This document shows, piece by piece, positions 40,917 through 50,218 of a stretch of 64,000 nt of DNA (within the stretch, counting starts at the first letter, position 1; every line of letters starts with the position of its first letter). The notes under the pieces were generated by a model. The model saw only the letters and a list, made by a program, of their open reading frames with translations. It had not been told where the DNA came from and made no database searches. Position numbers and translations under genes: made by a program. Source of the stretch: Candidatus Versatilivorator sp. (GTDB taxonomy: Bacteria > Acidobacteriota > Terriglobia > Versatilivoradales > Versatilivoraceae); the NCBI GenBank assembly GCA_965207735.1, contig OZ242296.1:32001-96000 (forward strand). The letters are read 5' to 3'.

Positions 40917-41916
40917 CCCGCATTTCTCAGTGCGCCATGGAAAGGCGCCTTCTTCCAACGGGTGCGAAACCCGTCCAACAACTGTCGCTCCGGTTGGTAG
41001 CAGCCAGGGCGGATCATGGAGGTAACGATATGGTCTGAAGCCCTCTGGTGTCAAAGGGCCGCTTAAGGCGGTTCAGCGAGCATGCGGGCCGGAACGCGAG
41101 TGAACGTCGAGCAGGCCTCGAAACGGGCAATGCGGGGGCCGACCCACCTGAGAAATGGGGAAGGCCGAAGACGGAGGGGGAAGCGAGCGACGCGGGCACC
41201 CCTTTGGACCCGCCGGGGTAGTGGCGCTGGCACGCATGGAAGGGGAAGAAGGCAGCAACATGGGAAGCCCTGTGGGTGGTGAGGCACGCACCGAACCGGA
41301 AGCTCGCGAGAGTCAGTCTAGGCCGACAGGGTGGCGGAGAGGCCTGTAGTACCGGAGAAGCCGGGTAATACCGGTGGAGGGAAGGGGCCTCAGGTGAGGA
41401 GCGGTGACCGAAGGGGGAAGGGTCCCGGGAGTGGCGAAAGCCTGAAACCCCGACCAAAAAAGGGCCGGAGACTCCGGAAGCATCACATGCAAAAGTGAAA
41501 GGGTCGTCGGAGGAGGACGGCGTCGTCAGGGCATCAACAGGCCTGGCGGCAACCCGGGAGCGGAAGTGGATGGAGTGGGGGACGGGTGCCAATCCCATAG
41601 GAGTCGTCCACGGATGCGAGCGGGGACCTGTGTGCGAGACGCATGATCCCACTGGAGAGCCGAGATGCGGGAAAACCGCACGTCCGGTTCGGAGAGCGGG
41701 GACTGGAAACGTGATAAGGGAGCCGGACTGAGGCCCGAAGCGAAAGCGACGGAATAGCCACCGGACCCTATAGTCAACGCGCCAGTCCTCGACTCTACCC
41801 AGGGGGGCATGCCCAGCGCAGTCTGTTACCCACAAGCCCTTACCATGGATCCAATCAAAGTACTGAAGATAAACTACTTTTCGTCATGGCACCAGCGACC
41901 TGGCGAGAAATGCGGG
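40917..41916. mobile_element. IS1380-TIR MITE (131 bp without the intron); left TIR interrupted by a group II intron
   Basis: CCCGCATTTCTCA[intron]CCAGGG...CTGGCGAGAAATGCGGG; interior matches the 22570 MITE. Confidence 0.88.
40930..41798 (+). ncRNA. ORF-less group II intron, copy 2 (869 nt)
   Basis: GTGCG start; DIII-like GTAGTACCGGAGAAGCCGGGTAATACCGGTGGAGGGAAGGGGCC; DV GAGCCGAGATGCGGGAAAACCGCACGTCCGGTTC (41657-41690); ends CTCGACTCTAC. Confidence 0.93.
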
Positions 41917-41924
41917 TTCGACCC

Positions 41925-42386
41925 ATGAAACTGATCCTGCGGTGGGTCGGGAAGACCAGAAATCCCCATCTGTCGGCACTCATCGCTGACTTCCAAGCTC
42001 GGATCGGAGCCTTGGCGGATCTGACTCTTTCCGAAGTCAAGGGCGTTGAGTTTCGGGATCCTGTCCGGGCTGTCGAGGCCGAGGGCCGACACCTGCTCAG
42101 AGGACTTGGCCGGGATGACTATCTGATTGCCATGGACCCCCAAGGCCAACCGTTGAATACGGAGGGATTTGCCCAGTTCATTGCCGATCGGAGGGAATAC
42201 TCCCTGAAGCGGATGGTGTTTGTCCTTGGGGGGCCGGATGGGTTGTCTGAGGCGGTCCGAAGCCGCAGCCAACGAGTCATTTCTCTTTCTTCCATGACCT
42301 TCAGCCACGAGATCGCGCGCTTGCTGCTGCTGGAGCAGATTTATCGGGCCTTCACCCTGGTCCATCGCATTCCCTACCACAAATAA
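41925..42386 (+). CDS. rlmH: 23S rRNA m3Psi1915 methyltransferase
   Basis: FVLGGPDG and MTFSHEIARLLLLEQIYRA...PYHK; alternative in-frame ATG 41910 lies in the TIR. Confidence 0.95.
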   Translation: MKLILRWVGKTRNPHLSALIADFQARIGALADLTLSEVKGVEFRDPVRAVEAEGRHLLRGLGRDDYLIAMDPQGQPLNTEGFAQFIADRREYSLKRMVFVLGGPDGLSEAVRSRSQRVISLSSMTFSHEIARLLLLEQIYRAFTLVHRIPYHK

Positions 42387-42495
42387 CTTGGGTTTTACCG
42401 CATTTTTGGGGTAGTATTCCCGATTTCGTCGGCCCTGTACGCGGCGGATGCGCGAGGCCGTCATCGCCTCAACCCCGCGTTCGGATGTCATGGTC

Positions 42496-42867
42496 ATGGA
42501 TGCCAGAAGACTCGACCGCTTCAGGAAGAAGCTGCTGACAAAGAAAGAAGAGCTGTACCGGATGGTCTCCAAGACGGAGCAGTATGGCCGGGAGGCTGAC
42601 GAGGAGAGTTCCCAGGACGTTGCCGACAAGGCAGCCAGCTCCTACACCAAGGAGTTTCTCTTCAGCCACAGCAGCAGCGAGCGCTCCATCATGCAACTGG
42701 TGGAGGAGGCCTTGGCCAGGGTCGAGGGCGGCTCATTCGGCGTATGCATCGCTTGCGAGAGCGCCATTCAAGCCCGAAGGCTGGAAGCGGTTCCATGGAC
42801 TCGGTACTGCATTAGCTGCCAGGAAAAGCAGGAACAAGGTCTTCTGGAGGAATCCCGCTTTTACTAA
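42496..42867 (+). CDS. TraR/DksA C4 zinc-finger protein
   Basis: DVAD; CIAC...RLEAVPW..CISC. Confidence 0.9.
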   Translation: MDARRLDRFRKKLLTKKEELYRMVSKTEQYGREADEESSQDVADKAASSYTKEFLFSHSSSERSIMQLVEEALARVEGGSFGVCIACESAIQARRLEAVPWTRYCISCQEKQEQGLLEESRFY

Positions 42868-42906
42868 TCCCTCAACTAATCCCTCCCTCGCTGTCCGATC
42901 CGTAGT

Positions 42907-43677
42907 TTGAATTCTGTCTTCGGGCGTTTTCGCCCTTTATGCGATTCGCTGGTTTCAGTTCTGTTTCCCGCTACTTGCGCGGTCTGCCAGAGCGCGGTGG
43001 AAACCTTGGACTGCGGGGTCGTTTGCGGGCCTTGCTGGCAGCGGGTTTCTCGGCTGGAGGGAATTCTGTGCGACCTGTGCGGCTACGCCTTTGCTTCCCG
43101 AAATCTGCCGGCCGAGAAGGTCTTGTGTGCGGCCTGCCGCCAAGGGTACTTCCACTTCGATTTCGCCCGATCCTGGTCCAGACTGGAGGAGCCGCTCCAG
43201 GGGATCATCCACCAGTTCAAGTACGGCTCCCATCCCAGCCTGGCCCGTCCCCTGGCCCGGCTGCTCCACGCGCTATGGGTGCAGGCCTATCGGGACCGGA
43301 CTCTCGACATGATCGTGCCGGTGCCCCTCCACAGGGCGCGCCAGAGGGAGCGCGGATTCAACCAGTCCCGGTTGCTGGCCCGGCACCTGAGTCGCTGGAC
43401 GCAAGTCCCTCTGATGGACCGGGTTCTTGTCAGATCTCGGTCGACCGAAGCCCAGGCGGGGCTCTCTCGCGAGCAGCGGCGCCGGAATATCCAGGGCGCG
43501 TTCAGAGTGGCGGATCGGGCGGCCATCCGCGAGCGCGCGGTCCTGCTGGTGGACGATGTTTTCACCACCGGCGCTACCTTGAACGAATGTGCTAGGATGC
43601 TTAGAAAACAGGGGGCGCAACGAGTCGATGTCTTGACCATTGCACGAGTCGTGGCCTGGTCAATCCCGCCTGTGTGA
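42907..43677 (+). CDS. comF: ComF-family phosphoribosyltransferase-like protein
   Basis: Double zinc ribbon; RGFNQS and LLVDDVFTTGAT. Confidence 0.9.
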   Translation: MNSVFGRFRPLCDSLVSVLFPATCAVCQSAVETLDCGVVCGPCWQRVSRLEGILCDLCGYAFASRNLPAEKVLCAACRQGYFHFDFARSWSRLEEPLQGIIHQFKYGSHPSLARPLARLLHALWVQAYRDRTLDMIVPVPLHRARQRERGFNQSRLLARHLSRWTQVPLMDRVLVRSRSTEAQAGLSREQRRRNIQGAFRVADRAAIRERAVLLVDDVFTTGATLNECARMLRKQGAQRVDVLTIARVVAWSIPPV

Positions 43678-44750
43678 GCCTCATGGCACGGTTCAGTTCC
43701 ATTGCCAATGCCGCCGCGGCCAGTGGATTCTTGTGGGGCCTGTGGTATGTCTTGGCTCCGGCCGGAATCGAACCGCCTGCCCGCGCAAACCCGGTTTCCC
43801 TTCCTGATGAGACCGCGTTCCGGCAGGACTATTTTCTCAGTCCCGACTATCTCCCGCTGCAGCTCGGCAACCGCTGGATCTATGAGCGGGAGGACAGCCG
43901 ATTTCAGAGGACGGCTCAAGTCAAGGTTGAGATTATCGCCAGACCGATCCTGCAGTGGACCACCTACTATGTCTTCAATCATCTTCCGTTTGTGCCGGGT
44001 CTGGAGGGCGAACCAAACGTGGTGGTCCGCTACGATCAAGACAAGCGCCGGTACCTTCGCTTGATTGCTCAGGATCAGGACCGGGAGGAAATTCCCCTGT
44101 TTCCCGTGGGGGAATCGGCCGACGCTGTCATTGACCAGTCTCCGGACGATGACGGACTGCCGGTGGCCAACCGTTTGAGCTACCTGACCTGTCCCGATTG
44201 TGAGTCTTCAGGCCTGGAGATGATCTTCGACCGCGGTTTGGGGATTGTGGAGGTCGGAATCTTTTCCGACTGGGGGTCGGAGTCCTACCGACTGAAATCC
44301 GCCGTGGTCAACGGCCGCAATTTCGGCGAACCCATGCAGCCGGAGACCGAACCCGAGCGAGCGAGGTCCGAAGTGGTAATCAGCCGGGCCGACCCCATGC
44401 TGAGCCTGGAACTCCAGAAGAAGCCCCAGGCTGTCGATCTGCTGTTTGTCGTCAAGAACCCGACCGACTACTTTCTGAGCTTCAACTTTGACTCCAGCCA
44501 GACCTACGACTTTGTCATCCGGGAAAAGCAGACGGGGTTCGAAGTCTGGCGCTGGTCGAAGGGCTACTTCTTTACACCGGTAATCCGCAGCCATGCCCTG
44601 CTGCCTCAGAAGGAATGGAAGTTCAAGGAGGTGTGGAACTTGAAGGACAACGAACGCAATGACATCAGGCTGGGGGCCTACGAGGCCGTGGCCATACTCA
44701 CCTCCCAGGTTCCCCGCGAATCCACGGCAGTCGACATCGTGCTGCCTTAA
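43674..44750 (+). CDS. Exported protein with a C-terminal BsuPI-like domain
   Basis: YLPLQLGNRWIY; FDSSQTYDFVI...VWRWSKG. Confidence 0.6.
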   Translation: MSLMARFSSIANAAAASGFLWGLWYVLAPAGIEPPARANPVSLPDETAFRQDYFLSPDYLPLQLGNRWIYEREDSRFQRTAQVKVEIIARPILQWTTYYVFNHLPFVPGLEGEPNVVVRYDQDKRRYLRLIAQDQDREEIPLFPVGESADAVIDQSPDDDGLPVANRLSYLTCPDCESSGLEMIFDRGLGIVEVGIFSDWGSESYRLKSAVVNGRNFGEPMQPETEPERARSEVVISRADPMLSLELQKKPQAVDLLFVVKNPTDYFLSFNFDSSQTYDFVIREKQTGFEVWRWSKGYFFTPVIRSHALLPQKEWKFKEVWNLKDNERNDIRLGAYEAVAILTSQVPRESTAVDIVLP

Positions 44751-45100
44751 GGCAGGGTCCACAACAGGTAGGCGGCCACTACCGTTCCCGTCACGGCTCC
44801 TCCGTAACAGAAGAGGTTGATGGCCGGATTGAGGTGCTTGATCTGCAGGCCGTCGTAGAGGGTGAAGCGAAATCGATGAGCCCAGTGAAAGAGCGACAGA
44901 AAGCAGAGCAGGAACAGGCCCAGCCGGGCCAGCGGATGTCGGACCAGTTCCAGCGTTCTCTCGTAGCCGGGTGATTGCAACCACTCCAGTGGGAAAGCCA
45001 ACCCGTAAAGAAAGAGGAGAATGGGGATCAGAAATGCGGCCGCCACACCTCCCCCGCTGAAGAGGGCCCAGAGAAAAGGCTCGTTGGATCGATTGGCCAT
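44747..45100 (-). CDS. frdD: Fumarate reductase anchor subunit D
   Basis: RSNEPFLWALFSGGG and HWAHRFR. Confidence 0.9.
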   Translation of the reverse strand: MANRSNEPFLWALFSGGGVAAAFLIPILLFLYGLAFPLEWLQSPGYERTLELVRHPLARLGLFLLCFLSLFHWAHRFRFTLYDGLQIKHLNPAINLFCYGGAVTGTVVAAYLLWTLP

Positions 45101-45103
45101 GGG

Positions 45104-45523
45104 TCAACCCTGTCGCATGAGAAGAAATACAATCAGCCCGGAAATCGCCAGCCAAGCCGCGTAGTTGGGGGCGGCCACCAGCACGTTGGGGAGCCGTTTG
45201 CCTCGCAAGCGGACCACCATCGCCTTGGGAGTCAAGTTGAACCAGGTCACCGCGTGAAAGAGCACGAACAGAAAGCTGACGCCGTTGAGAATTACCAGCC
45301 ACGGGTTCTTGAGCCAGTCCTGGAACCCCTGATAGGCTTCAGGCCCTCCCCTCAAGGCGTGGAGCTGCAACAGAAGGATCACCACGTAAAAGGCCACAAA
45401 GACACTGCTGAGCTCCCTCAGCATGAACTTCAGGTACGACCACTTTCGGCTCCACCATAGGGTTGAGACCCGGGTTCGGTGCCATTTGGGATGGTACTGG
45501 CGATAAGCCGTGGATGGCTTCAT
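45104..45523 (-). CDS. frdC: Fumarate reductase anchor subunit C
   Basis: WW...YLKFMLRE and [13 protein letters not shown]. Confidence 0.9.
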   Translation of the reverse strand: MKPSTAYRQYHPKWHRTRVSTLWWSRKWSYLKFMLRELSSVFVAFYVVILLLQLHALRGGPEAYQGFQDWLKNPWLVILNGVSFLFVLFHAVTWFNLTPKAMVVRLRGKRLPNVLVAAPNYAAWLAISGLIVFLLMRQG

Positions 45524-46263
45524 TGCTTGCTCCAGGGCATCAGGAAGGATTTGAACCATTCCTTGGTGGCCGCGAGCTTGTATTGCTGGATGGCTCCCGC
45601 CGGATCCACGTTCTTGGGACAGACCTCGGTGCACTCGCCCACGAAGGTGCATCCCCAAATTCCCTCGTGCTGGGAGAGGACATCCATACGGTCTTGCTCA
45701 CCCTGGTCGCGGGAATCGAGATTGTATCGCTGCGCCAGGGCAATGGCGGCCGGTCCCACGAATTGCGGGTCGAGGGCGTAAACCGGGCAGGCGGCGTAGC
45801 AGATCATGCAGTTGATGCACATGCTGAACTGCTTGTAGATGTCCAACTGCTCCGGAGTTTGCAGAAATTCTCCCTTCGCGGGGGCAGGATCATTCTCTCG
45901 GACGATCCAGGGTTTCACCGCCTGCAGTTTTTCCAGAAAATCGGTCATTTCGATGACCAGATCCCGAACGACCGGAAAGTTTTGGAGGGGCTCCACGCGA
46001 ATAGGTCCGGGAAGATAATGGGACAGGAAAGTGGCGCAGGTCAGCTTGGGTTCGCCGTTCACGGTCATGCCGCAACTGCCGCAGACGCCCATGCGGCAGG
46101 ACCAGCGAAACGAGAGGGAACCATCCACATGGTCCTTGATGTAATTCAAGGCGTCGAGAACCACCCAGTCCTTGTTGAAGGGCACCTCGTAGGATTGTAA
46201 GGTGGGTTCACCCTCCTGCTCTGGTCGGTATCGAGCCACTTCGATGGTTATCGTTTCGGCCAT
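45520..46263 (-). CDS. frdB: Fumarate reductase Fe-S subunit
   Basis: [22 protein letters not shown] and [12 protein letters not shown]. Confidence 0.93.
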   Translation of the reverse strand: MAETITIEVARYRPEQEGEPTLQSYEVPFNKDWVVLDALNYIKDHVDGSLSFRWSCRMGVCGSCGMTVNGEPKLTCATFLSHYLPGPIRVEPLQNFPVVRDLVIEMTDFLEKLQAVKPWIVRENDPAPAKGEFLQTPEQLDIYKQFSMCINCMICYAACPVYALDPQFVGPAAIALAQRYNLDSRDQGEQDRMDVLSQHEGIWGCTFVGECTEVCPKNVDPAGAIQQYKLAATKEWFKSFLMPWSKQ

Positions 46264-46349
46264 ATTTCCTCTAGCGCGGTTGATTCCCGGGTGTCCATTG
46301 GTTCAAATCCAGTCCGGCTGCCCTCGAGACACTCCCGTCCTGTCAGTCT

Positions 46350-48134
46350 TTACCCCGGTGGCGTCTTGGCCGCCGGGCGGCCGTAAACCCGTTCGCCCGG
46401 GGGCCAGCGGGTGATGGTGACCGGAAGGTACTCGACCTCTGGTCGATCCCCGGGACGGTGCGAGACCAGGGAGTGTGCCAGAAACCGCTCGTCGTCCCGC
46501 CGTGGAAAATCGTTCCGCTGATGAGCTCCCCGGGACTCGGTTCGATGCAGGGCGCTCTCGACCACGGCTTCGGCGACATCCAACATGTATGAGAGCTCCA
46601 GGGCGGCCGTCAATTCGGTGTTGAAGGTGTGGCTGTGGTCCTGGATGGCTACCTGTCGGAAACGTTCCTTCAGTTCGGCTATATTGGCCTGAGCCTCTTC
46701 CAGCAGAGCCCCCGTGCGGTAGATCCCGGCGCTTTTTTCCATGGTGGACTGCATTTCCCCGCGCAGGCCCGCAATGGGCTCGGTGCCGCCGCTCTTGTGA
46801 AGAAACTCCTGTTCCAGGCGCTTTTTCTCATCGGCCGCCTGGGCCTCGATCCCGGCGCTCACCGGCTTGTTCTGCAATGCGTATTCAGCCGCCGCCCGCC
46901 CCGCCCGGGCGCCGAAAACCAGAAGCTCGGTCAAGGAATTGGAGCCCAGACGGTTGGCTCCGTTGATACTCACACAGGCCACTTCGCCCGCGGCGAACAG
47001 GCCCGCCAGGGGCGTGGCTCCCTGGATGTCGGTATGGACGCCGCCCATCATGTAGTGAACCACCGGGCGGACCGGAATCAGTTGGCTCACCGGGTCGATA
47101 TTCTCGTACTTGAGGCAGAGTTCGCGAACGAAGGGCAACTTGGTGTCGATGATCTTCTTGCCCAGGTGGGTGAGGTCAAGATGGACGTAGGGTCCGTAAG
47201 GCCCCTCGAGCGTGCGACCCTTATCCAACTCCTTCATGAAGGCCTGTGACAAGCGGTCCCGAGGACCCAGTTCCATGGACCGCAGCACCGGCTTGGGCTG
47301 AGGCGTCCCCAGATCGTAGTCCTGCAGGTAGCGGTATCCGTCCTTGTTGAGCAGGAACCCGCCTTCGGCTCTGGAGGCTTCGGTGATCAGAATCCCGGTG
47401 AAAGGGAGTCCGGTCGGATGGTACTGCACGAACTCCATATCCTTCAGGGGCACTCCCGCGCGGTAGGCCAGGGCCATGCCGTCACCGTTCTTGATGTTGG
47501 CATTGGTGGTGAAAGGAAACACCTTGCCGCAACCGCCGGTGCAAATGATGACGGACTTGGCGGTGATGGCCTGGATCCTTCCCGTCATCAGTTCGATGGC
47601 CACCACGCCTTGCACGCGGCCGTCCTCCACCAGAAGCCTGGTGACGAACCATTCGTCGTAGCGGGTGATGGACCTGTATTTCAGGGAGGTCTGAAAGAGC
47701 GCGTGGAGCATGTGGAAGCCGGTCTTGTCGGCGGCGAACCAGGTGCGTTCCTTCTTCATTCCGCCGAAGGGACGAACGGCCACCCGCCCGTCCGGTTCCC
47801 GGCTCCAGGGGCAACCCCAGTGCTCCAGTTGAAGCATCTCCCGTGGGGCCTCGTTGACGAAGAGCTCCACGGCATCCTGGTCGCACATCCAGTCCCCGCC
47901 GGAGATGGTGTCGTAGGCGTGTTCCTCCAGGCTGTCGCCCTCCTTGATAACGGCCGCGGCTCCGCCCTCGGCCGAGACCGTGTGGCTCCTCATGGGATAA
48001 ACCTTGGAGACCACCGCCACGCTCAGATTGGGGTCAACCTCGGAGACGGCAATGGCGGCTCTCAGGCCCGCCCCTCCGCCACCCACCAAGAGCACGTCAT
48101 GGGAAGGCGTTTCTGAAGACACACTGTCTATCAT
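46350..48134 (-). CDS. frdA: Fumarate reductase flavoprotein
   Basis: [23 protein letters not shown] and [10 protein letters not shown]. Confidence 0.93.
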   Translation of the reverse strand: MIDSVSSETPSHDVLLVGGGGAGLRAAIAVSEVDPNLSVAVVSKVYPMRSHTVSAEGGAAAVIKEGDSLEEHAYDTISGGDWMCDQDAVELFVNEAPREMLQLEHWGCPWSREPDGRVAVRPFGGMKKERTWFAADKTGFHMLHALFQTSLKYRSITRYDEWFVTRLLVEDGRVQGVVAIELMTGRIQAITAKSVIICTGGCGKVFPFTTNANIKNGDGMALAYRAGVPLKDMEFVQYHPTGLPFTGILITEASRAEGGFLLNKDGYRYLQDYDLGTPQPKPVLRSMELGPRDRLSQAFMKELDKGRTLEGPYGPYVHLDLTHLGKKIIDTKLPFVRELCLKYENIDPVSQLIPVRPVVHYMMGGVHTDIQGATPLAGLFAAGEVACVSINGANRLGSNSLTELLVFGARAGRAAAEYALQNKPVSAGIEAQAADEKKRLEQEFLHKSGGTEPIAGLRGEMQSTMEKSAGIYRTGALLEEAQANIAELKERFRQVAIQDHSHTFNTELTAALELSYMLDVAEAVVESALHRTESRGAHQRNDFPRRDDERFLAHSLVSHRPGDRPEVEYLPVTITRWPPGERVYGRPAAKTPPG

Positions 48135-48142
48135 GATGTTTC

Positions 48143-48167
48143 CAGCAGCCCGGTGAGAAATGCGGGC
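48143..48167. mobile_element. Solo IS1380/MITE right end upstream of frdA
   Basis: CCAGCAGCCCGGTGAGAAATGCGGG followed by CCAG. Confidence 0.75.
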
Positions 48168-48486
48168 CAGGGCTTGCCTGTTTCCCTACAGAATTCTCGA
48201 CCGCCTGAAGCGGATTGCGTGAGGACTTGGCAGGATGGTTGGGACGTCGCGGGACGCGCCAACGGTGGACAACGGTGGAGAGATTACCGCAACCCCTCTT
48301 GCAGAATCAAGAGAGGATTTGGGGAAGGGGTAGAACGGCAGTGGTTAGGGATTGGTTGCGATGATTGGTGCCTGCAAAGCGCATGTACAACACTATCGGC
48401 AGAAGGTACGCCGTGCCGCCTGCCGTCACTCACGGGACGCCGAGTCTGCCCCCCTCCGGATCGACTGCGGGCTGGCGCCCTTGTCT

Positions 48487-48786
48487 CTCCGACTCCCCCT
48501 CAAGGGGGGAGTGATACTTGAGGCTTGTAGAGGGCGCCTTGCCCGATTGCTGGGCAGGATGTAAACCATGTTCCCGGTCTAGTGTATAAACTCCGTTCCC
48601 TCTTCATAACACGGATATCACTCCCCCCTTGAGGGGGAGTCGCAGAAGCCGAGCCGAATGGCGAAGGCTGATGCGGTGGGGGGCCAACGCGGCGCCTCCG
48701 AACGGCAGCGCCGAATGGCCAGGCCTTGTGCGCAGGGGGGGGCGCACAACCCCATCCGTCAGGCGAAGGCTGATGCGGTGGGGGGC
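48487..48786. repeat. REP-like palindrome cluster
   Basis: Inverted pair at 48487-48516 / 48616-48645 (ACTCCCCCTCAAGGGGGGAGT); direct repeat GGCGAAGGCTGATGCGGTGGGGGGC x2. Confidence 0.8.
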
Positions 48787-48849
48787 GGACGCCGACGATT
48801 GTAGTGCGTGACATCCTTCCCCTTCGTGCACTACTCATTTGCTCGCCGG

Positions 48850-49326
48850 CTACCCGATGTTCAACCACTTGGCCAGCGCCTTGTCGGGATCCGCCAGTTC
48901 CTCGATCGAGGTATACCAGCTGGCTTTCCAGCCCTTTTCCGGAAGACCGGTGAACACCATCAGGTTGAGAGGATAGGCCTCGCTGTCGCTGCAACGCCGG
49001 AAATCGTCCCGGAACAGGAACACCGGCTTTTCCCAGGCGATCGCCATACCCAACTCCACCATCACGCCTTCGTCCGGGGGGCAGCCGTTGACGACTGCAA
49101 AGAGCCCGTCCGCCTCCCGCACATCGCGAAGGTCGGCCTGACCGGTCCGATAGGCCCAGCTTGCACTGGTCAAATCGATCTGGCTGGTGCGGGCAAAGGG
49201 TTCCCACACCTCGGCGCCCATCGATTCCAGAGCCGCCACCAGTTCCTGCAACGGTCCGTCGCGCTGCTGGGGGGAGAAACCGTATGGATTGGCCAGATAG
49301 AGGGTCTTGGGGGTCGTTGTGCTCAT
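48850..49326 (-). CDS. Nucleoside 2-deoxyribosyltransferase family protein
   Basis: LYLANPYGFS and DEGVMVELGMA. Confidence 0.88.
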   Translation of the reverse strand: MSTTTPKTLYLANPYGFSPQQRDGPLQELVAALESMGAEVWEPFARTSQIDLTSASWAYRTGQADLRDVREADGLFAVVNGCPPDEGVMVELGMAIAWEKPVFLFRDDFRRCSDSEAYPLNLMVFTGLPEKGWKASWYTSIEELADPDKALAKWLNIG

Positions 49327-49375
49327 TTCAGCCAAGCTCCGGACAGGAGGAGAGTTGATCGGGTTGCGCCAAGGG

Positions 49376-50218
49376 TTACCTGCCGCTGCTGCCGGACATT
49401 TCACTCAGGAAGTCATCGATCTTCGTCCAGTAGGAGTGCCCCCCTATACCGGACACGTCGTTATGGGCGGCGCCGGGGACCAGCAGCCACTCCTTGGGCT
49501 CCGGGGCCGCTTCAAAGAGGGCTCGGCCCAGGGAAAGGGGGACCGTCCTGTCCCGGTCGCCGTGAATGGCCAGCAAGGGGCAGCTCAGGCCACTGATCTT
49601 GGGCATGGAATCGAAAGGGTCCTTTATCAACAGACCCACGGGCAGAAGGGGGTACCTGTGTTTGCCGACATCCCTCGCCGACGAGAAACCCGATTGGATG
49701 ATGAGTCCGGCAGGAGCGGCCCGGATCGCCATCTCCACCGCCACTCCGGACCCCAGCGATTCTCCAAGGTAGGCCAGTTTTCGACCCGGCTCTCTGGCGA
49801 GCCAGTCCACCGCGGCCTGGGCGTCCCGGTAGAGACCCGCCTCGGTGGGAGTTCCCGGGTTGCCTCCGTATCCGCGGTAATCCAGCAGAAAGAGGCTGTA
49901 GCCCAAGCGGTGAAAGTCCCGGGCCCAGTCGAGGCGATCCATGCGATTACCGCCATTCCCGGGGAAATAGACCAGGGTGAGCGGCCTTTCTCCCGGCCAA
50001 TACCAGCCCGCCAACCGGTTGCCGTCCTCCGTTTCCAGTTCGATCTCCTGGAGTCCCCGATATGCCTCTCCCCGGGGCAGGGGCACCGGATCGGCTTTGG
50101 GGAAGTACTGGAGTTTTCTCTGGAAAAGATAGACGCTTCCGACCAGGACCACATAGATCACCAGCAAGCCTTTCAGGAGCGGCCAGACAAAGGAGAAATC
50201 GTGCTGCGAGGGCGCCAT
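49376..50218 (-). CDS. Alpha/beta hydrolase (Bem46/ABHD-like)
   Basis: N-terminal TM; DYRGYG, GESLG, HGDRD and HND. Confidence 0.88.
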   Translation of the reverse strand: MAPSQHDFSFVWPLLKGLLVIYVVLVGSVYLFQRKLQYFPKADPVPLPRGEAYRGLQEIELETEDGNRLAGWYWPGERPLTLVYFPGNGGNRMDRLDWARDFHRLGYSLFLLDYRGYGGNPGTPTEAGLYRDAQAAVDWLAREPGRKLAYLGESLGSGVAVEMAIRAAPAGLIIQSGFSSARDVGKHRYPLLPVGLLIKDPFDSMPKISGLSCPLLAIHGDRDRTVPLSLGRALFEAAPEPKEWLLVPGAAHNDVSGIGGHSYWTKIDDFLSEMSGSSGR

